NCBI GenBank assembly: GCA_963778555.1
Contig: CAVZUR010000004.1
Span: 180,151 to 244,150, forward strand
Length of the DNA stretch: 64,000 bases
From: Candidatus Moraniibacteriota bacterium
GTDB lineage: Bacteria > Patescibacteriota > Minisyncoccia > Moranbacterales > UBA1568
Direction of reading: 5' to 3'
Both the position numbers and the translations under genes were made by a program. The notes beneath the pieces are model-generated. The model searched no databases. It was not told the origin of the DNA and saw only the letters and a program-made list of their open reading frames with translations. Shown piece by piece: positions 35,936 to 45,066 of the stretch. Position 1 is the stretch's first letter; the number at the start of each line of letters is the position of its first letter.

Positions 35936-38683
35936 TCAAGGTCCCCGTATTCCTCGCTCCACTGATCGGTCATACGCTGTCGTCGTGCTGTACATATCCT
36001 GGGCATTGAAGGACCAGTAGCCTTCAAGCGATGTATCGACGCCGGTGGGGGTAGTGAGGCGATAGAGGTTGGCGATCTCTTCCTGGGAGAGAGCGCGGTC
36101 ATACACCCGCGCTTCATCGAGGGAGCCAGCGAAGGGCACACCGTTGTCGGCTTCAGCGCCGAGACGGAAAGCCACCGCATTGGCCAGGGTGCCGATGTTT
36201 CCGATGGTGCCGGTATCGGTGGCGCCATTGGGAGCGCCATTGATGTAAAGCTCGGTCCCAGTCGCCGAGTCTTGATCCCAAACGAAGGCGAAGTGATTCC
36301 AACCCGCAGCGGTGAAGGTAGAGGCTGAGGTGACGGAGTACTCATCGACCGCATCCGAGACTTCGCAGATGAGGGCGTCGGCGGCGGAGATGTAGCAGAG
36401 ATAGCCGGTATCGGCGGCGGTGATGCCGTTTCGTTTGGCGATGATGGTATCGTCGGTGGTGAAGGTAGAGCGGTTGAACCAGCCGGTCAGGGTGAAGTCT
36501 TCAGTATCAGCGAAGTCAAGAGTGGCCGTATCGGCCGTGGTGGCATAGTCATCGGTGCCGTCAAAGGTGATACCTGAGCCAATCTGTCCGGTGGTCCAGG
36601 TGGGGCCATTGGTGAGGGTGAGGGAAGCGATGGCGTTGGTGGAGGAGTCAGCGGCGGCGGTACCGGTGTTCTCGTCGAGGGTGAAGTAGCCGGTGAGGCC
36701 AGAGTCGAGACGGCCGGTGCCTTGGGATTGGGAGACAGAGGAGTTCACCTTGTCGGGAGCGCTCTGGTCATACAGGGATTTGATCTCGGCAGCAGAGAGA
36801 AAACGATTGTAGACGCGGACTTCGTCGATTTCACCGTCAAAGAACTCTGCCGCGGCAGTTTCAATGGCGCCGATACGAAAGCTCGAGGAAGCATCGGCAG
36901 GCGAAGTACCGACCGGCGTACTGTGTTCCAGCACCGGTACGGAAACACCGTTAATGAAAAAGGTTGGGTCATTGGCGACGGATGAATCATTGTATTCGAC
37001 ACAGACATGCGACCAGGCATTCAGCGGGACAGCGTCATCGGGTGCAGCCCAGCGGCCGATAGTCGTCCCGAAGCCGACCCATAATTGCAGCCGATTCGGG
37101 CTGACAGTATCGCTGAATTCAAAGTCCCACCCCGTCCCAGCATCATCCTTGGACATGATATTGGCGTACGTGGCCGGTATCGAATCCGGATGAATCCAGG
37201 CACAAGCGGTCAAATTGGCGATATCGTCGAGACTCGTCCCTGAGCCAGCATTCACATAGTCTGCCGTCCCATCGAAATCAAGTGCTTGGCCGAGTCTGCC
37301 CGGTACCTTGGGCGGAGCGCTGACCAGTGTCCCCGTATTCCTCGCCCCGCTCCGATCATACGCCGTCGTCGTGCTGTACATATCCTGCGCATTGAAGGAC
37401 CAGTAGCCTTCAAGCGCTGTATCGACGCCAGTGGGGGTAGTGAGGCGATAGAGGTTGGCGATCTCTTCCTGGGAGAGAGCGCGGTCATACACCCGGGCTT
37501 CATCGAGGGAGCCAGCGAAGGGCACACCGTTGTCGGCTTCAGCGCCGAGACGGAAAGCCACCGCATTGGCCAGGGTGCCGATGTTTCCGATGGTGCCGGT
37601 ATCGGTGGCGCCATTGGGAGCGCCATTGATGTAAAGCTCGGTCCCAGTCGCCGAGTCTTGATCCCAAACGAAGGCGAAGTGATTCCAACCCGCAGCGGTG
37701 AAGGTAGAGGCTGAAGTGACGGAGTACTCATCGACCGCATCCGAGACTTCGCAGATGAGGGCGTCGGCGGCGGAGATGTAGCAGAGATAGCCGGTATCAG
37801 CGGCGGTGATACCGTTTCGTTTGGCGATGATGGTATCGTCGGTGGTGAAGGTAGAGCGGTTGAACCAGCCGGTCAGGGTGAAGTCTTCAGTATCAGCGAA
37901 GTCAAGGGTGGCCGTATCGGCCGTGGTGGCATAGTCATCGGTGCCGTCAAAGGTGATGCCTGAGCCAATCTGTCCGGTGGTCCAGGTGGGGCCATTGGTG
38001 AGGGTGAGGGAAGCGATGGCGTTGGTGGAGGAGTCAGCGGCGGCGGTACCGGTGTTCTCGTCGAGGGTGAAGTAGCCGGTGAGGCCAGAGTCGAGACGGC
38101 CGGTGCCTTGGGCTTGGGAGACAGAGGAGTTCACCTTGTCGGGAGCACTCGTGTCATACAGGGCTTTGATCTCGGCGGCGGAGAGGAGGCGATTATAAAC
38201 ACGGACTTCGTCGATGGAGCCGTCGAAGAATTCCGATATATGTGCGCCGATGACAAGATTGGCTGCAGCATCGCTTGTTGCTGTCCCTACCGGCACGTCT
38301 AGCTCCGTAAAACGAACAGAGACGCCATTGATGTACAAAACCGGGTCGTTGGCAGCTGAGGAATCATTGTAGGTCGCGCAGACATGTTGCCAGGCATTGA
38401 GTGTTATCGTACCGTTGGCCGTGAGCCAATTCGCATTATTAGTAGTAAAACTTCGAAAAAGATCCAGAGCATTCCCGCTAGCCACATTGGTAATCTGAAA
38501 TGACCAGCCCGCCGATCCTGTATACTTGGCAGCAATTTGAGCCCAGGTGATAGGAATTGACTGCGGATAGATCCAGGCGCAGACGGAAAGGTTCACTAAA
38601 TCATCTACGATAGCGGCTGATCCCGCATTCACCAAGTCCGCCGTTCCATCGAAATCAAGTGCTTGGCCAAGCTTCCCTGGCAC
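35936..38683 (-). CDS. giant surface protein, central part: two full ~460-aa tandem repeats, each with two LamG/concanavalin-like domains
   Basis: 915-aa ORF with internal near-identical 460-aa repeats ('KVNSSVSQ[AS]QGTGRLDSGLTGYFTLDENTGT...LDEARVYDRALSQEEIANLY...FDGEIDEVRVYNRFLSAAEIKSLYD'). The ORF ends where the repeat junction gains +2 nt. Confidence 0.7.
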   Translation of the reverse strand: MPGKLGQALDFDGTADLVNAGSAAIVDDLVNLSVCAWIYPQSIPITWAQIAAKYTGSAGWSFQITNVASGNALDLFRSFTTNNANWLTANGTITLNAWQHVCATYNDSSAANDPVLYINGVSVRFTELDVPVGTATSDAAANLVIGAHISEFFDGSIDEVRVYNRLLSAAEIKALYDTSAPDKVNSSVSQAQGTGRLDSGLTGYFTLDENTGTAAADSSTNAIASLTLTNGPTWTTGQIGSGITFDGTDDYATTADTATLDFADTEDFTLTGWFNRSTFTTDDTIIAKRNGITAADTGYLCYISAADALICEVSDAVDEYSVTSASTFTAAGWNHFAFVWDQDSATGTELYINGAPNGATDTGTIGNIGTLANAVAFRLGAEADNGVPFAGSLDEARVYDRALSQEEIANLYRLTTPTGVDTALEGYWSFNAQDMYSTTTAYDRSGARNTGTLVSAPPKVPGRLGQALDFDGTADYVNAGSGTSLDDIANLTACAWIHPDSIPATYANIMSKDDAGTGWDFEFSDTVSPNRLQLWVGFGTTIGRWAAPDDAVPLNAWSHVCVEYNDSSVANDPTFFINGVSVPVLEHSTPVGTSPADASSSFRIGAIETAAAEFFDGEIDEVRVYNRFLSAAEIKSLYDQSAPDKVNSSVSQSQGTGRLDSGLTGYFTLDENTGTAAADSSTNAIASLTLTNGPTWTTGQIGSGITFDGTDDYATTADTATLDFADTEDFTLTGWFNRSTFTTDDTIIAKRNGITAADTGYLCYISAADALICEVSDAVDEYSVTSASTFTAAGWNHFAFVWDQDSATGTELYINGAPNGATDTGTIGNIGTLANAVAFRLGAEADNGVPFAGSLDEARVYDRALSQEEIANLYRLTTPTGVDTSLEGYWSFNAQDMYSTTTAYDRSVERGIRGP

Positions 38684-39520
38684 CTTGGGAGGCGCGCTCG
38701 TGAGCGTCCCCGTATTCCGCGCACCGTTCTGTCATACGCTGTCGTCGTGCTGTACATATCCTGGGCATTGAAGGACCAATAGCCTTTCAGTCCCGTATCG
38801 ACGCCGGTGGGGGTAGTGAGGCGATAGAGGTTGGCGATCTCTTCTCCTGAGAGAGCGCGGTCATACACCCGGGCTTCATCGAGGGAGCCAGCGAAGGGCA
38901 CACCGTTGTCGGCTTCAGCGCCGAGACGGAAAGCCACCGCATTGGCCAGGGTGCCGATGTTTCCGATGGTGCCGGTATCGGTGGCGCCATTGGGAGCGCC
39001 ATTGATGTAAAGCTCGGTCCCAGTCGCCGAGTCTTGATCCCAAACGAAGGCGAAGTGATTCCAACCCGCAGCGGTGAAGGTAGAGGCGGAGGTGACGGAG
39101 TACTCATCGACCGCATCCGAGACTTCGCAGATGAGGGCGTCGGCGGCGGAGATGTAGCAGAGATAGCCGGTATCAGCGGCGGTGATACCGTTTCGTTTGG
39201 CGATGATGGTATCGTCGGTGGTGAAGGTAGAGCGATTGAACCAGCCGGTCAGGGTGAAGTCTTCAGTATCAGCGAAGTCAAGAGTGGCCGTATCGGCCGT
39301 GGTGGCATAGTCATCGGTGCCGTCAAAGGTGATGCCTGAGCCAATCTGTCCGGTGGTCCAGGTGGGGCCATTGGTGAGGGTGAGGGAAGCGATGGCGTTG
39401 GTGGAGGAGTCAGCGGCGGCGGTACCGGTGTTCTCGTCGAGGGTGAAGTAGCCGGTGAGGCCAGAGTCGAGGCGGCCGGTGCCTTGGGGTGTGGCAATGG
39501 ACGTATTGGTTTGCTGTCCG
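35940..39520. repeat. tandem ~1.38-kb nucleotide repeats (about 2.6 copies) underlying the LamG protein
   Basis: Marker 'tcatacgc[ct]gtcgtcgtgctgtacatatcc' recurs at 35969, 37355 and 38733. Copies are >97% identical over >1 kb. Confidence 0.85.
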
Positions 39521-39615
39521 GCCCGGGCGGAGAAATACCAATAGCCAGCCCCCAACCCTAGGAGAATGGCGATAATCCCTAGCCACTGCCATGTACGGCC
39601 GCTAGTATATGTCAT
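38629..39615 (-). CDS. giant surface protein, N-terminal part (TM anchor + first LamG repeat)
   Basis: Start at MTYTSGR immediately after the GIY-YIG stop. TM 'WQWLGIIAILLGLGAGYWYF'. Then the same repeat sequence. The frame is lost at a -1 nt repeat junction (~38715). Confidence 0.65.
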   Translation of the reverse strand: MTYTSGRTWQWLGIIAILLGLGAGYWYFSARAGQQTNTSIATPQGTGRLDSGLTGYFTLDENTGTAAADSSTNAIASLTLTNGPTWTTGQIGSGITFDGTDDYATTADTATLDFADTEDFTLTGWFNRSTFTTDDTIIAKRNGITAADTGYLCYISAADALICEVSDAVDEYSVTSASTFTAAGWNHFAFVWDQDSATGTELYINGAPNGATDTGTIGNIGTLANAVAFRLGAEADNGVPFAGSLDEARVYDRALSGEEIANLYRLTTPTGVDTGLKGYWSFNAQDMYSTTTAYDRTVRGIRGRSRARLPRCQGSLAKHLISMERRTW

Positions 39616-39881
39616 AGAGCTAGACCCGTTAGAGACAGGAAGCGTTTCAATCGATTCTTTAGGTAGCGTTTTCCCATACCAGTCTTTAGGTACTTTTCTC
39701 GAGTGAAAGCATCGTGCACATCGATACAAGCTTCATAATAAATGATAGCAAATGGACCTCGGCCGTTGGTAGATGATACTTTTCCAGCAGCATGCTCATT
39801 GAAACGCTTCCGCATGTCTTCGGTACAGCCGGTATACCATTTTCCATCCTTTTTGCTTTTGAGCACGTAGGTGTAAAACAT
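39612..39881 (-). CDS. small GIY-YIG nuclease family protein
   Basis: 'FYTYVLKSKKDGKWYTGCTEDMRKRFNEH' is a GIY...YIG motif with conserved R and E. 89 aa from MFYTY. Confidence 0.6.
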   Translation of the reverse strand: MFYTYVLKSKKDGKWYTGCTEDMRKRFNEHAAGKVSSTNGRGPFAIIYYEACIDVHDAFTREKYLKTGMGKRYLKNRLKRFLSLTGLAL

Positions 39882-40059
39882 AGCTGTCTCTAACGGGGCG
39901 AGGCGATGGCGAGGGCGCCTAAGATGAGGCCGATGTATTGGTAGGTACGATACCGAGTGAGGGACATGTGAGGTGAGGGATGAGAGACTAGGGGTGGAGA
40001 ACAAGAGAAACAGGTTCCCAAGCGAGGGAGTGTGTTGGTTCTAGTTTATCATTTTTTGG

Positions 40060-40460
40060 CTAAACGTGTATTCTCTGCTTCGCAAAAAGTAAGAGAGAAG
40101 CAAGTGCTATGCCCAGGCCATCGATCGCCACATCAGTCAGCCTCGATCCGCGGCCGAAAATAAACAATTGGTGGACCTCATCGAGAACGCCATAGGTGAA
40201 GGCGAAGAGCGCTCCGACGAAGAGGACACGGATGAAAGATTCGCGCGGGTACAGTGCGGAAAACAACCGGTAGACGAGCCAGGTCAGGACTCGCATACTC
40301 GAACACATGCGCGGATTTGCGCTCCAGCACATACCAGAGCGGCGGATCAGAGGGCACGCCGCTCCCCGGCATCTGGGAAAAACCAAAAATCACGGCGCAC
40401 CACGAAAGAAGGAGCGCCAGCCGCAGAGAGACGGTCCGATCCGGCGGATGACGTTTCATA
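40060..40460 (-). pseudogene. VanZ-like family protein, frameshifted (~40295)
   Basis: N-terminal half 'LRLALLLSWCAVIFGFSQMPGSG' is in ORF 40178..40477. C-terminal half 'FTYGVLDEVHQLFIFGRGSRLTDVAIDGLGIALA' is in ORF 40060..40386. Confidence 0.5.
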
Positions 40461-40662
40461 CGCCTATTTTCTCCCATGCGTTAGCCAAGCGCTGAATTCT
40501 TTCGTGAGCGTATGGAGCGCATAGAACGGTAGCCAGAGCCAAAGCGTCTTTTTGAGAAAATTGTCGAGCGCGCTATTCAGGTTGAACATTCGGGTAGGGG
40601 TTAGTAGAATGAGGGGTTAGGGAATAGGGAAATGAGAAGGACTCTAACTATTCTATACTTAT

Positions 40663-41031
40663 CTAAGGCTTTACTTTTCTGATGAGGGTATTCAACATCC
40701 GCATCACTTCATCGAGCGTGCTCAGGACTGCTTCATACTCTCCTGATTTCAGTCTACCCAATTCGCGAGCAATCTCAAACTGAGTTTCAAGTTCTGCCCC
40801 AGACCCATAGGCAACATGGAGAAAATAATGGGACTCTTTCTTCGTTCCACGGCCATGTCCTTCAGCAATATTGGAAGCAACAGAAACCGCCGCTCTTCGC
40901 ATCTGCGACGTGAGTCCATACAAGTCTTCTTGAGGAAAGTCTTGAGTTAATGTATAGACAAGTACTGCAACATTCTTGGCTTTCTGCCAAACTATTAAGT
41001 CCCTATAAGAGCTGATATTCTCCTTATGCAT
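40663..41031 (-). CDS. four-helix-bundle protein of the 23S rRNA intervening-sequence / Avd-like family
   Basis: 122 aa. 'SYRDLIVWQKA', 'RRAAVSVASNIAEG', 'HYFLHVAYGSGAELETQ' typical of PF05635-type proteins. Confidence 0.75.
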   Translation of the reverse strand: MHKENISSYRDLIVWQKAKNVAVLVYTLTQDFPQEDLYGLTSQMRRAAVSVASNIAEGHGRGTKKESHYFLHVAYGSGAELETQFEIARELGRLKSGEYEAVLSTLDEVMRMLNTLIRKVKP

Positions 41032-41052
41032 ATTCCCTCAAGTATCTCAGTA

Positions 41053-41796
41053 TCATCGTCTCTTTGCTCTAGCACCTAAAACCTCACCCCTCCCCATCTC
41101 ATAAATCACATCTTTTTTCTCCACCACGATGCGCCAGCCTTCTTTGTCGGCCAGTGCCTTCAGGTTCTGGTTCGGATTGAACGCAATCGGATGTGTGACC
41201 ATGCGGAGAAAGCTCGCATCTGACTCTGTGTCTCCGACGCCATAGGAATCGTCGAGCGTCAAGTCATGCTCATAGACATACTGCTGCAGCACCTCGCCTT
41301 TATTCCGAGACGGCTCGAACTCAGCAACCCCCGTATACTTTCCTTCGGCATCCTGCGTATAGATGCTCCCGAAGACTCGGTCGAAATGGAGATAGTGGCG
41401 GTTGTACTCCTCGACAATCTCGATCGGCGAGCCCGAAATGGCAAGCAGGTGATAATTCTTGGCGCGAAGATCATCGATCAGCGCCTCGGAGAACAGATAG
41501 GTACGTTTCGCATGGAACGGAACGACGATCCGTGCCGCCTCGCGGACGGCTGTCTCGGTGACACCGGCGATACGCTCCGAATAAATACGGACGATAGCCT
41601 TGCGATAATCCTCATAGGTCCCTTCATGTGCCAGCCAGCCGCTGTACACCTCGGTCAATTCCCGTCGGACAGCGCTCGGAAATATCTTCAGCCAGGCGAG
41701 CTCATTAATGAGTTCGAAATGAAGATTTTTCCGAAAAATCGTCCCATCGATATCAAGGATCGCGATCTTCTGCTGAGTTTTGATTTCTTTTTTCAT
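41053..41796 (-). CDS. HAD-superfamily hydrolase (HAD-IB, phosphoserine-phosphatase-like)
   Basis: 'IAILDIDGTIF' motif I, 'LLAISGSP' motif II, 'GVGDTESD' motif IV. Confidence 0.8.
   Translation of the reverse strand: MKKEIKTQQKIAILDIDGTIFRKNLHFELINELAWLKIFPSAVRRELTEVYSGWLAHEGTYEDYRKAIVRIYSERIAGVTETAVREAARIVVPFHAKRTYLFSEALIDDLRAKNYHLLAISGSPIEIVEEYNRHYLHFDRVFGSIYTQDAEGKYTGVAEFEPSRNKGEVLQQYVYEHDLTLDDSYGVGDTESDASFLRMVTHPIAFNPNQNLKALADKEGWRIVVEKKDVIYEMGRGEVLGARAKRR
41063..41100. repeat. direct repeat copy 1 'ctctagcacct..cccatct' at 3' end of HAD gene (contains 15-nt insertion)
   Basis: Shares 'ctctagcacct' + 'cccatct' with 41862-41880. Both copies encode the C-terminal GAR of their host genes. 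Confidence 0.6.
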
Positions 41797-41859
41797 ATTG
41801 CAGAAGGTTTTAGGAGGTAGGTTTTAGGGATTAGTTTCCTCTTCCCTCACCACTAACAA

Positions 41860-42369
41860 CTAATCTCTAGCACCTCGCCCATCTATTGTAGCCGACAGGT
41901 GGTACACGGCAATACCGCCGGCAACCGCGACATTGAGGGAATGTTTTCTGCCGCGCATCGGAAGCCGGATAACCGTATCGGCACGGGCGAGAGTCTGGAT
42001 CGACAGTCCAGTCACTTCATTGCCCACGATGAGGGCTGGGCGCTTCTTTGATTGTGGCTGCCAATCGCGATAGTCGACACTTTTCACTCCGACACCCTCT
42101 TCCAGCGCGACGATCTCATAGCCTTCTTTTTTGAGGCGCCGAAGAAGCGGGGCTAATGTTTTCACGCTTGTCCAGGAAACGGCCAGCTCCGCACCGAGAG
42201 CGGTCTTTTGGAGGGCTTTCTCAGCGAGCGTCAGCGCGAGTCGGCCGGGTTTCGGCGGCTGCGGCGTAATACCGACGAGATATATGTGCTCAACGCCCGC
42301 ACCATCCGCCGTCCGAAACAGCGCTCCGACATTATGCGCGCTCCGAAGATTGTCGAGAATCAGATGCAT
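41860..42369 (-). CDS. SpoU-family (TrmH/TrmL-like) RNA 2'-O-methyltransferase
   Basis: 'LILDNLRSAHNVGALFRTADGAGV', 'ALIVGNEVTGLS', 'VIRLPMRGRKHSLNVAVAGGIAVY' are SPOUT motifs. Confidence 0.8.
   Translation of the reverse strand: MHLILDNLRSAHNVGALFRTADGAGVEHIYLVGITPQPPKPGRLALTLAEKALQKTALGAELAVSWTSVKTLAPLLRRLKKEGYEIVALEEGVGVKSVDYRDWQPQSKKRPALIVGNEVTGLSIQTLARADTVIRLPMRGRKHSLNVAVAGGIAVYHLSATIDGRGARD
41862..41880. repeat. direct repeat copy 2 'ctctagcacctcgcccatct' at 3' end of SpoU gene
   Basis: See copy 1. The two copies bracket the ~0.8-kb HAD gene unit. Confidence 0.6.
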
Positions 42370-42381
42370 CGCAGCAGCCGA

Positions 42382-43422
42382 TTACGGAAATTGACGAAAT
42401 AACTCCTTCCCCTTCTCCCACACCGCTGGTGAATCTTTCTGTACCTTGAGCCAATACCACCATTCGCCGCCCCAAAGATAAATATCCTCGAAACCGACCC
42501 GCCGCGCATAGGTGACATTCTCCTCAAGGAGCTGTTCGTTCATCGTGATGAACTGCTCCTCGAGCGAGACGTTCGCGACCCAGCCAGCGGCCCACGGCTC
42601 GGCCTGCAGCTCGATAACGGAGAAGTGTACTTGATCCGTGAGCAGCCGGACGAATTGCTCTTTCGCCCGGAAGAAATTCGGACCGATGGGATAGGTCAGA
42701 TAGCCCCAGCCGCCTTTGTAGATCTTGCGATACATGGTCGTACCGAAGTAATCGCCCCGTTTCGCGGCCCGGTACCAGATAGACAATTCGCCGCTATCCG
42801 TCAGGAGGACGGGACGGGATGGATCCAGACGCTTGACCAGCGCAACTTCAGCTTCAAGGAAATCGACATCCAGCGGCGGGCACTCGCCGAAAAATACAAG
42901 GAAGGGCTCGTTCTCCACTTGCCAGGTTGTAATAACTTTTCGGTCCTTGTAGCGCTGGACGGTCCCCTGCATGAATTTTTTCAAAGCCGACTGGCGGTCG
43001 CCTGCAGCCGCATGCTTGGCCCACTCCGGAATATGGCATTCCGGCCAACGCGGCACGCGCTGACCGATTGACAGGATAACCGTCGCGCCGACGCGCTCCG
43101 CTTCCGCGAGCTGCCAATCGACATCGGCGTAGTCGAGCATTCCCGGTTCACGCTCAACGAGATCCCAGTAGACCGGCAGACGGAGTTTTTTCACGCCCAC
43201 ATCATCCAAGAGCGCCAGATACGTTTCCCGCCAATCGAGACCGAGATCCGTCGCATACCGCGAGGAAAAAGTCATGCCCAGATGAACGTCTTCACGCGGG
43301 GCTGGGCCCGGCAGATTGAAGTAGCCGAACAGGAGAAGCGTGACAAGCAGAATCGCGCCCAAGGTATAACTGATAATTTTTACGACGCCGCGCCAACGCG
43401 AATGGCTCGCTTGAACTTCCAT
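42382..43422 (-). CDS. membrane-anchored glycoside hydrolase, GH-A clan (GH5-like)
   Basis: N-terminal TM. 'WQVENEP' (NEP acid/base motif). TIM-barrel-like composition. Second catalytic Glu not pinpointed. Confidence 0.55.
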   Translation of the reverse strand: MEVQASHSRWRGVVKIISYTLGAILLVTLLLFGYFNLPGPAPREDVHLGMTFSSRYATDLGLDWRETYLALLDDVGVKKLRLPVYWDLVEREPGMLDYADVDWQLAEAERVGATVILSIGQRVPRWPECHIPEWAKHAAAGDRQSALKKFMQGTVQRYKDRKVITTWQVENEPFLVFFGECPPLDVDFLEAEVALVKRLDPSRPVLLTDSGELSIWYRAAKRGDYFGTTMYRKIYKGGWGYLTYPIGPNFFRAKEQFVRLLTDQVHFSVIELQAEPWAAGWVANVSLEEQFITMNEQLLEENVTYARRVGFEDIYLWGGEWWYWLKVQKDSPAVWEKGKELFRQFP

Positions 43423-43425
43423 ATT

Positions 43426-44364
43426 CTAGAGGAACAAGAAATCAACCCCCTGCGTGACGGCCAGCCACATCCCCAGACCGATGAGAATGACCGCGATGCC
43501 TTTCTGAAACCAATCCCAGAAATACAGTTTTTCTTCAAAGATGTTCGGGAAGCGCAGCGCGAGCGGGACAGTCAAGATGAGGACAAAGGCGTACTGGACG
43601 CCGTTCAGCGCTTGGATAAAGGTAACCGGGCCGAGAAACGCTGCGTAGGTTAGGAAAAACGTCGCAATCGCGCCAAAAATCTTGTTCAGGATGAAAAGGA
43701 TGCCCGTCGTGACATGGTGCTTGTTTGACGATGAAAGTCCGCGGGTATTTTCAAGAATGGCCCGACGATACTCCGGAATGATGAAGAGGCTGAACCCGCC
43801 CAGAATAAAACCAAGGCGTGACCAAAGAAGCCCGTTGATGAAATCTGCGTGGCGATACCCAGTCTTCAGAAAGAGGAGCGACAGCGCCATCAAAGCCCCG
43901 GCAAGCAGGGTCGACTTCATCAACGCATCATTCTTTTTGAGCGGCAGATCAAACGCGATGAGAAAAGCGCCCGCCAAAAGAAGCAAGAGGGAGAGAAAAT
44001 GCCCGGGCGAGAAGGAGTAGTTGGCCGCCGGGCCAAACGCGAGTGACGCGACTCCAGCAATAATGGCGATTGAGATCCCGACCAAAGGAGCGACGCGCGA
44101 AATCTCGCTCCGCTTCACCGCGTTATAGAAAGCGACCAGACCATAGAGAAAAAGCACGCCTGAAATGACAAACACGATCGCCGTCTGCCACGGAATCGAT
44201 TGATACCCGAACGGGACGAGCACGACCGCGAAGAGCGAGAGGACGGAGACGAAAAAAGCGTAGACTACCGGCTCTTTAATCCGGCCTGAAAGCAGGAATT
44301 TGTCGAACAGGGCCGTGACCGCATTGAAGAAATAGCCCGCGAGCGCGAAAGTCAGCCAGTGCAT
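43426..44364 (-). CDS. DMT-superfamily (EamA-like) transporter
   Basis: 312 aa with 10 TM helices in two 5-TM halves. Confidence 0.6.
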   Translation of the reverse strand: MHWLTFALAGYFFNAVTALFDKFLLSGRIKEPVVYAFFVSVLSLFAVVLVPFGYQSIPWQTAIVFVISGVLFLYGLVAFYNAVKRSEISRVAPLVGISIAIIAGVASLAFGPAANYSFSPGHFLSLLLLLAGAFLIAFDLPLKKNDALMKSTLLAGALMALSLLFLKTGYRHADFINGLLWSRLGFILGGFSLFIIPEYRRAILENTRGLSSSNKHHVTTGILFILNKIFGAIATFFLTYAAFLGPVTFIQALNGVQYAFVLILTVPLALRFPNIFEEKLYFWDWFQKGIAVILIGLGMWLAVTQGVDFLFL

Positions 44365-44418
44365 GGAGTTTCTTTTCCTCCATTATACCCTGACTCATCC
44401 AAAGAGAGGAGGGAATCG

Positions 44419-45066
44419 CTACTTCCGAGCGATGGCACGAAAGTACACATCGACATCCGAGACCCACTTCCGCACGCTCTCCGGCGAATGCGTCGCGCAT
44501 GAAGAGCCACATTTCCAAATGGTCAGCTGTGCCGGTTCGCTTGAGCGCTCACGCGTGACCAGCTCCTGTAATCGGTTCCCGATCGCGTGCACAGCTTCAG
44601 CTTCATCGGAGAAACAGCCATGCCCCATCGCCACACCACGCGTGCCGGGACCCTTATAGCCCCAGTAATTGAAACAGTCAGCCCCATCACTGGTACGCGG
44701 CACTCGCTTCCCCCAATTGCTTTCTTTCTTCCCGATACCGATGATAAGTCCGGCGATATCCTGGTCATACTCAGCGATGAAAGGTATCATCGCCTCGATC
44801 GGATAGCCAGCGACAATTTTCCGAAGCTCGCTCTCGAATGGAGAAGGTTCTGCGCCGACCGCCTCACTCACCTCGTTTCGCGAAGTGTGAACTGGCCTGG
44901 CCAAAAAGACCTGATCGCAAGACAGAGTTTCAGCTCGCTTGTGGCCAGCCGCCGACGTAAAAAAACTGTAGTCCTGCTGCCATTCACACAAACTCACGAC
45001 CACCCGAGAACGTTCAGCTGCTCCATCAGTCGATGCACCCAGCGCGGCGAAAGGAACGGAAATCAC
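44419..45066 (-). CDS. secreted protein with conserved C-terminal Cys-containing domain (paralog A)
   Basis: C-terminal 'GYPIEAMIPFIAEYDQDIAGLIIGIGKKESNWGKRVP...DCFNYWGY...IWKCGSSCATHSPESVRKW' is shared with 45381..46136. Confidence 0.5.
   Translation of the reverse strand: MISVPFAALGASTDGAAERSRVVVSLCEWQQDYSFFTSAAGHKRAETLSCDQVFLARPVHTSRNEVSEAVGAEPSPFESELRKIVAGYPIEAMIPFIAEYDQDIAGLIIGIGKKESNWGKRVPRTSDGADCFNYWGYKGPGTRGVAMGHGCFSDEAEAVHAIGNRLQELVTRERSSEPAQLTIWKCGSSCATHSPESVRKWVSDVDVYFRAIARK

Noticed and set aside
35940-39520. Periodic near-identical repeats that could be mistaken for a CRISPR array or satellite
   Set aside because: The period is ~1.38 kb, not 28-37 bp, and the repeats are protein-coding (LamG domains). 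No short repeat/spacer structure and no cas genes are present. No CRISPR array exists anywhere in the window.
40663-41031. Diversity-generating retroelement (DGR) call based on the Avd-like four-helix-bundle gene
   Set aside because: No reverse transcriptase gene and no template/variable repeat pair are present in the window. PF05635-family proteins are also common as stand-alone genes. This is mentioned only as a possibility to check in flanking sequence.
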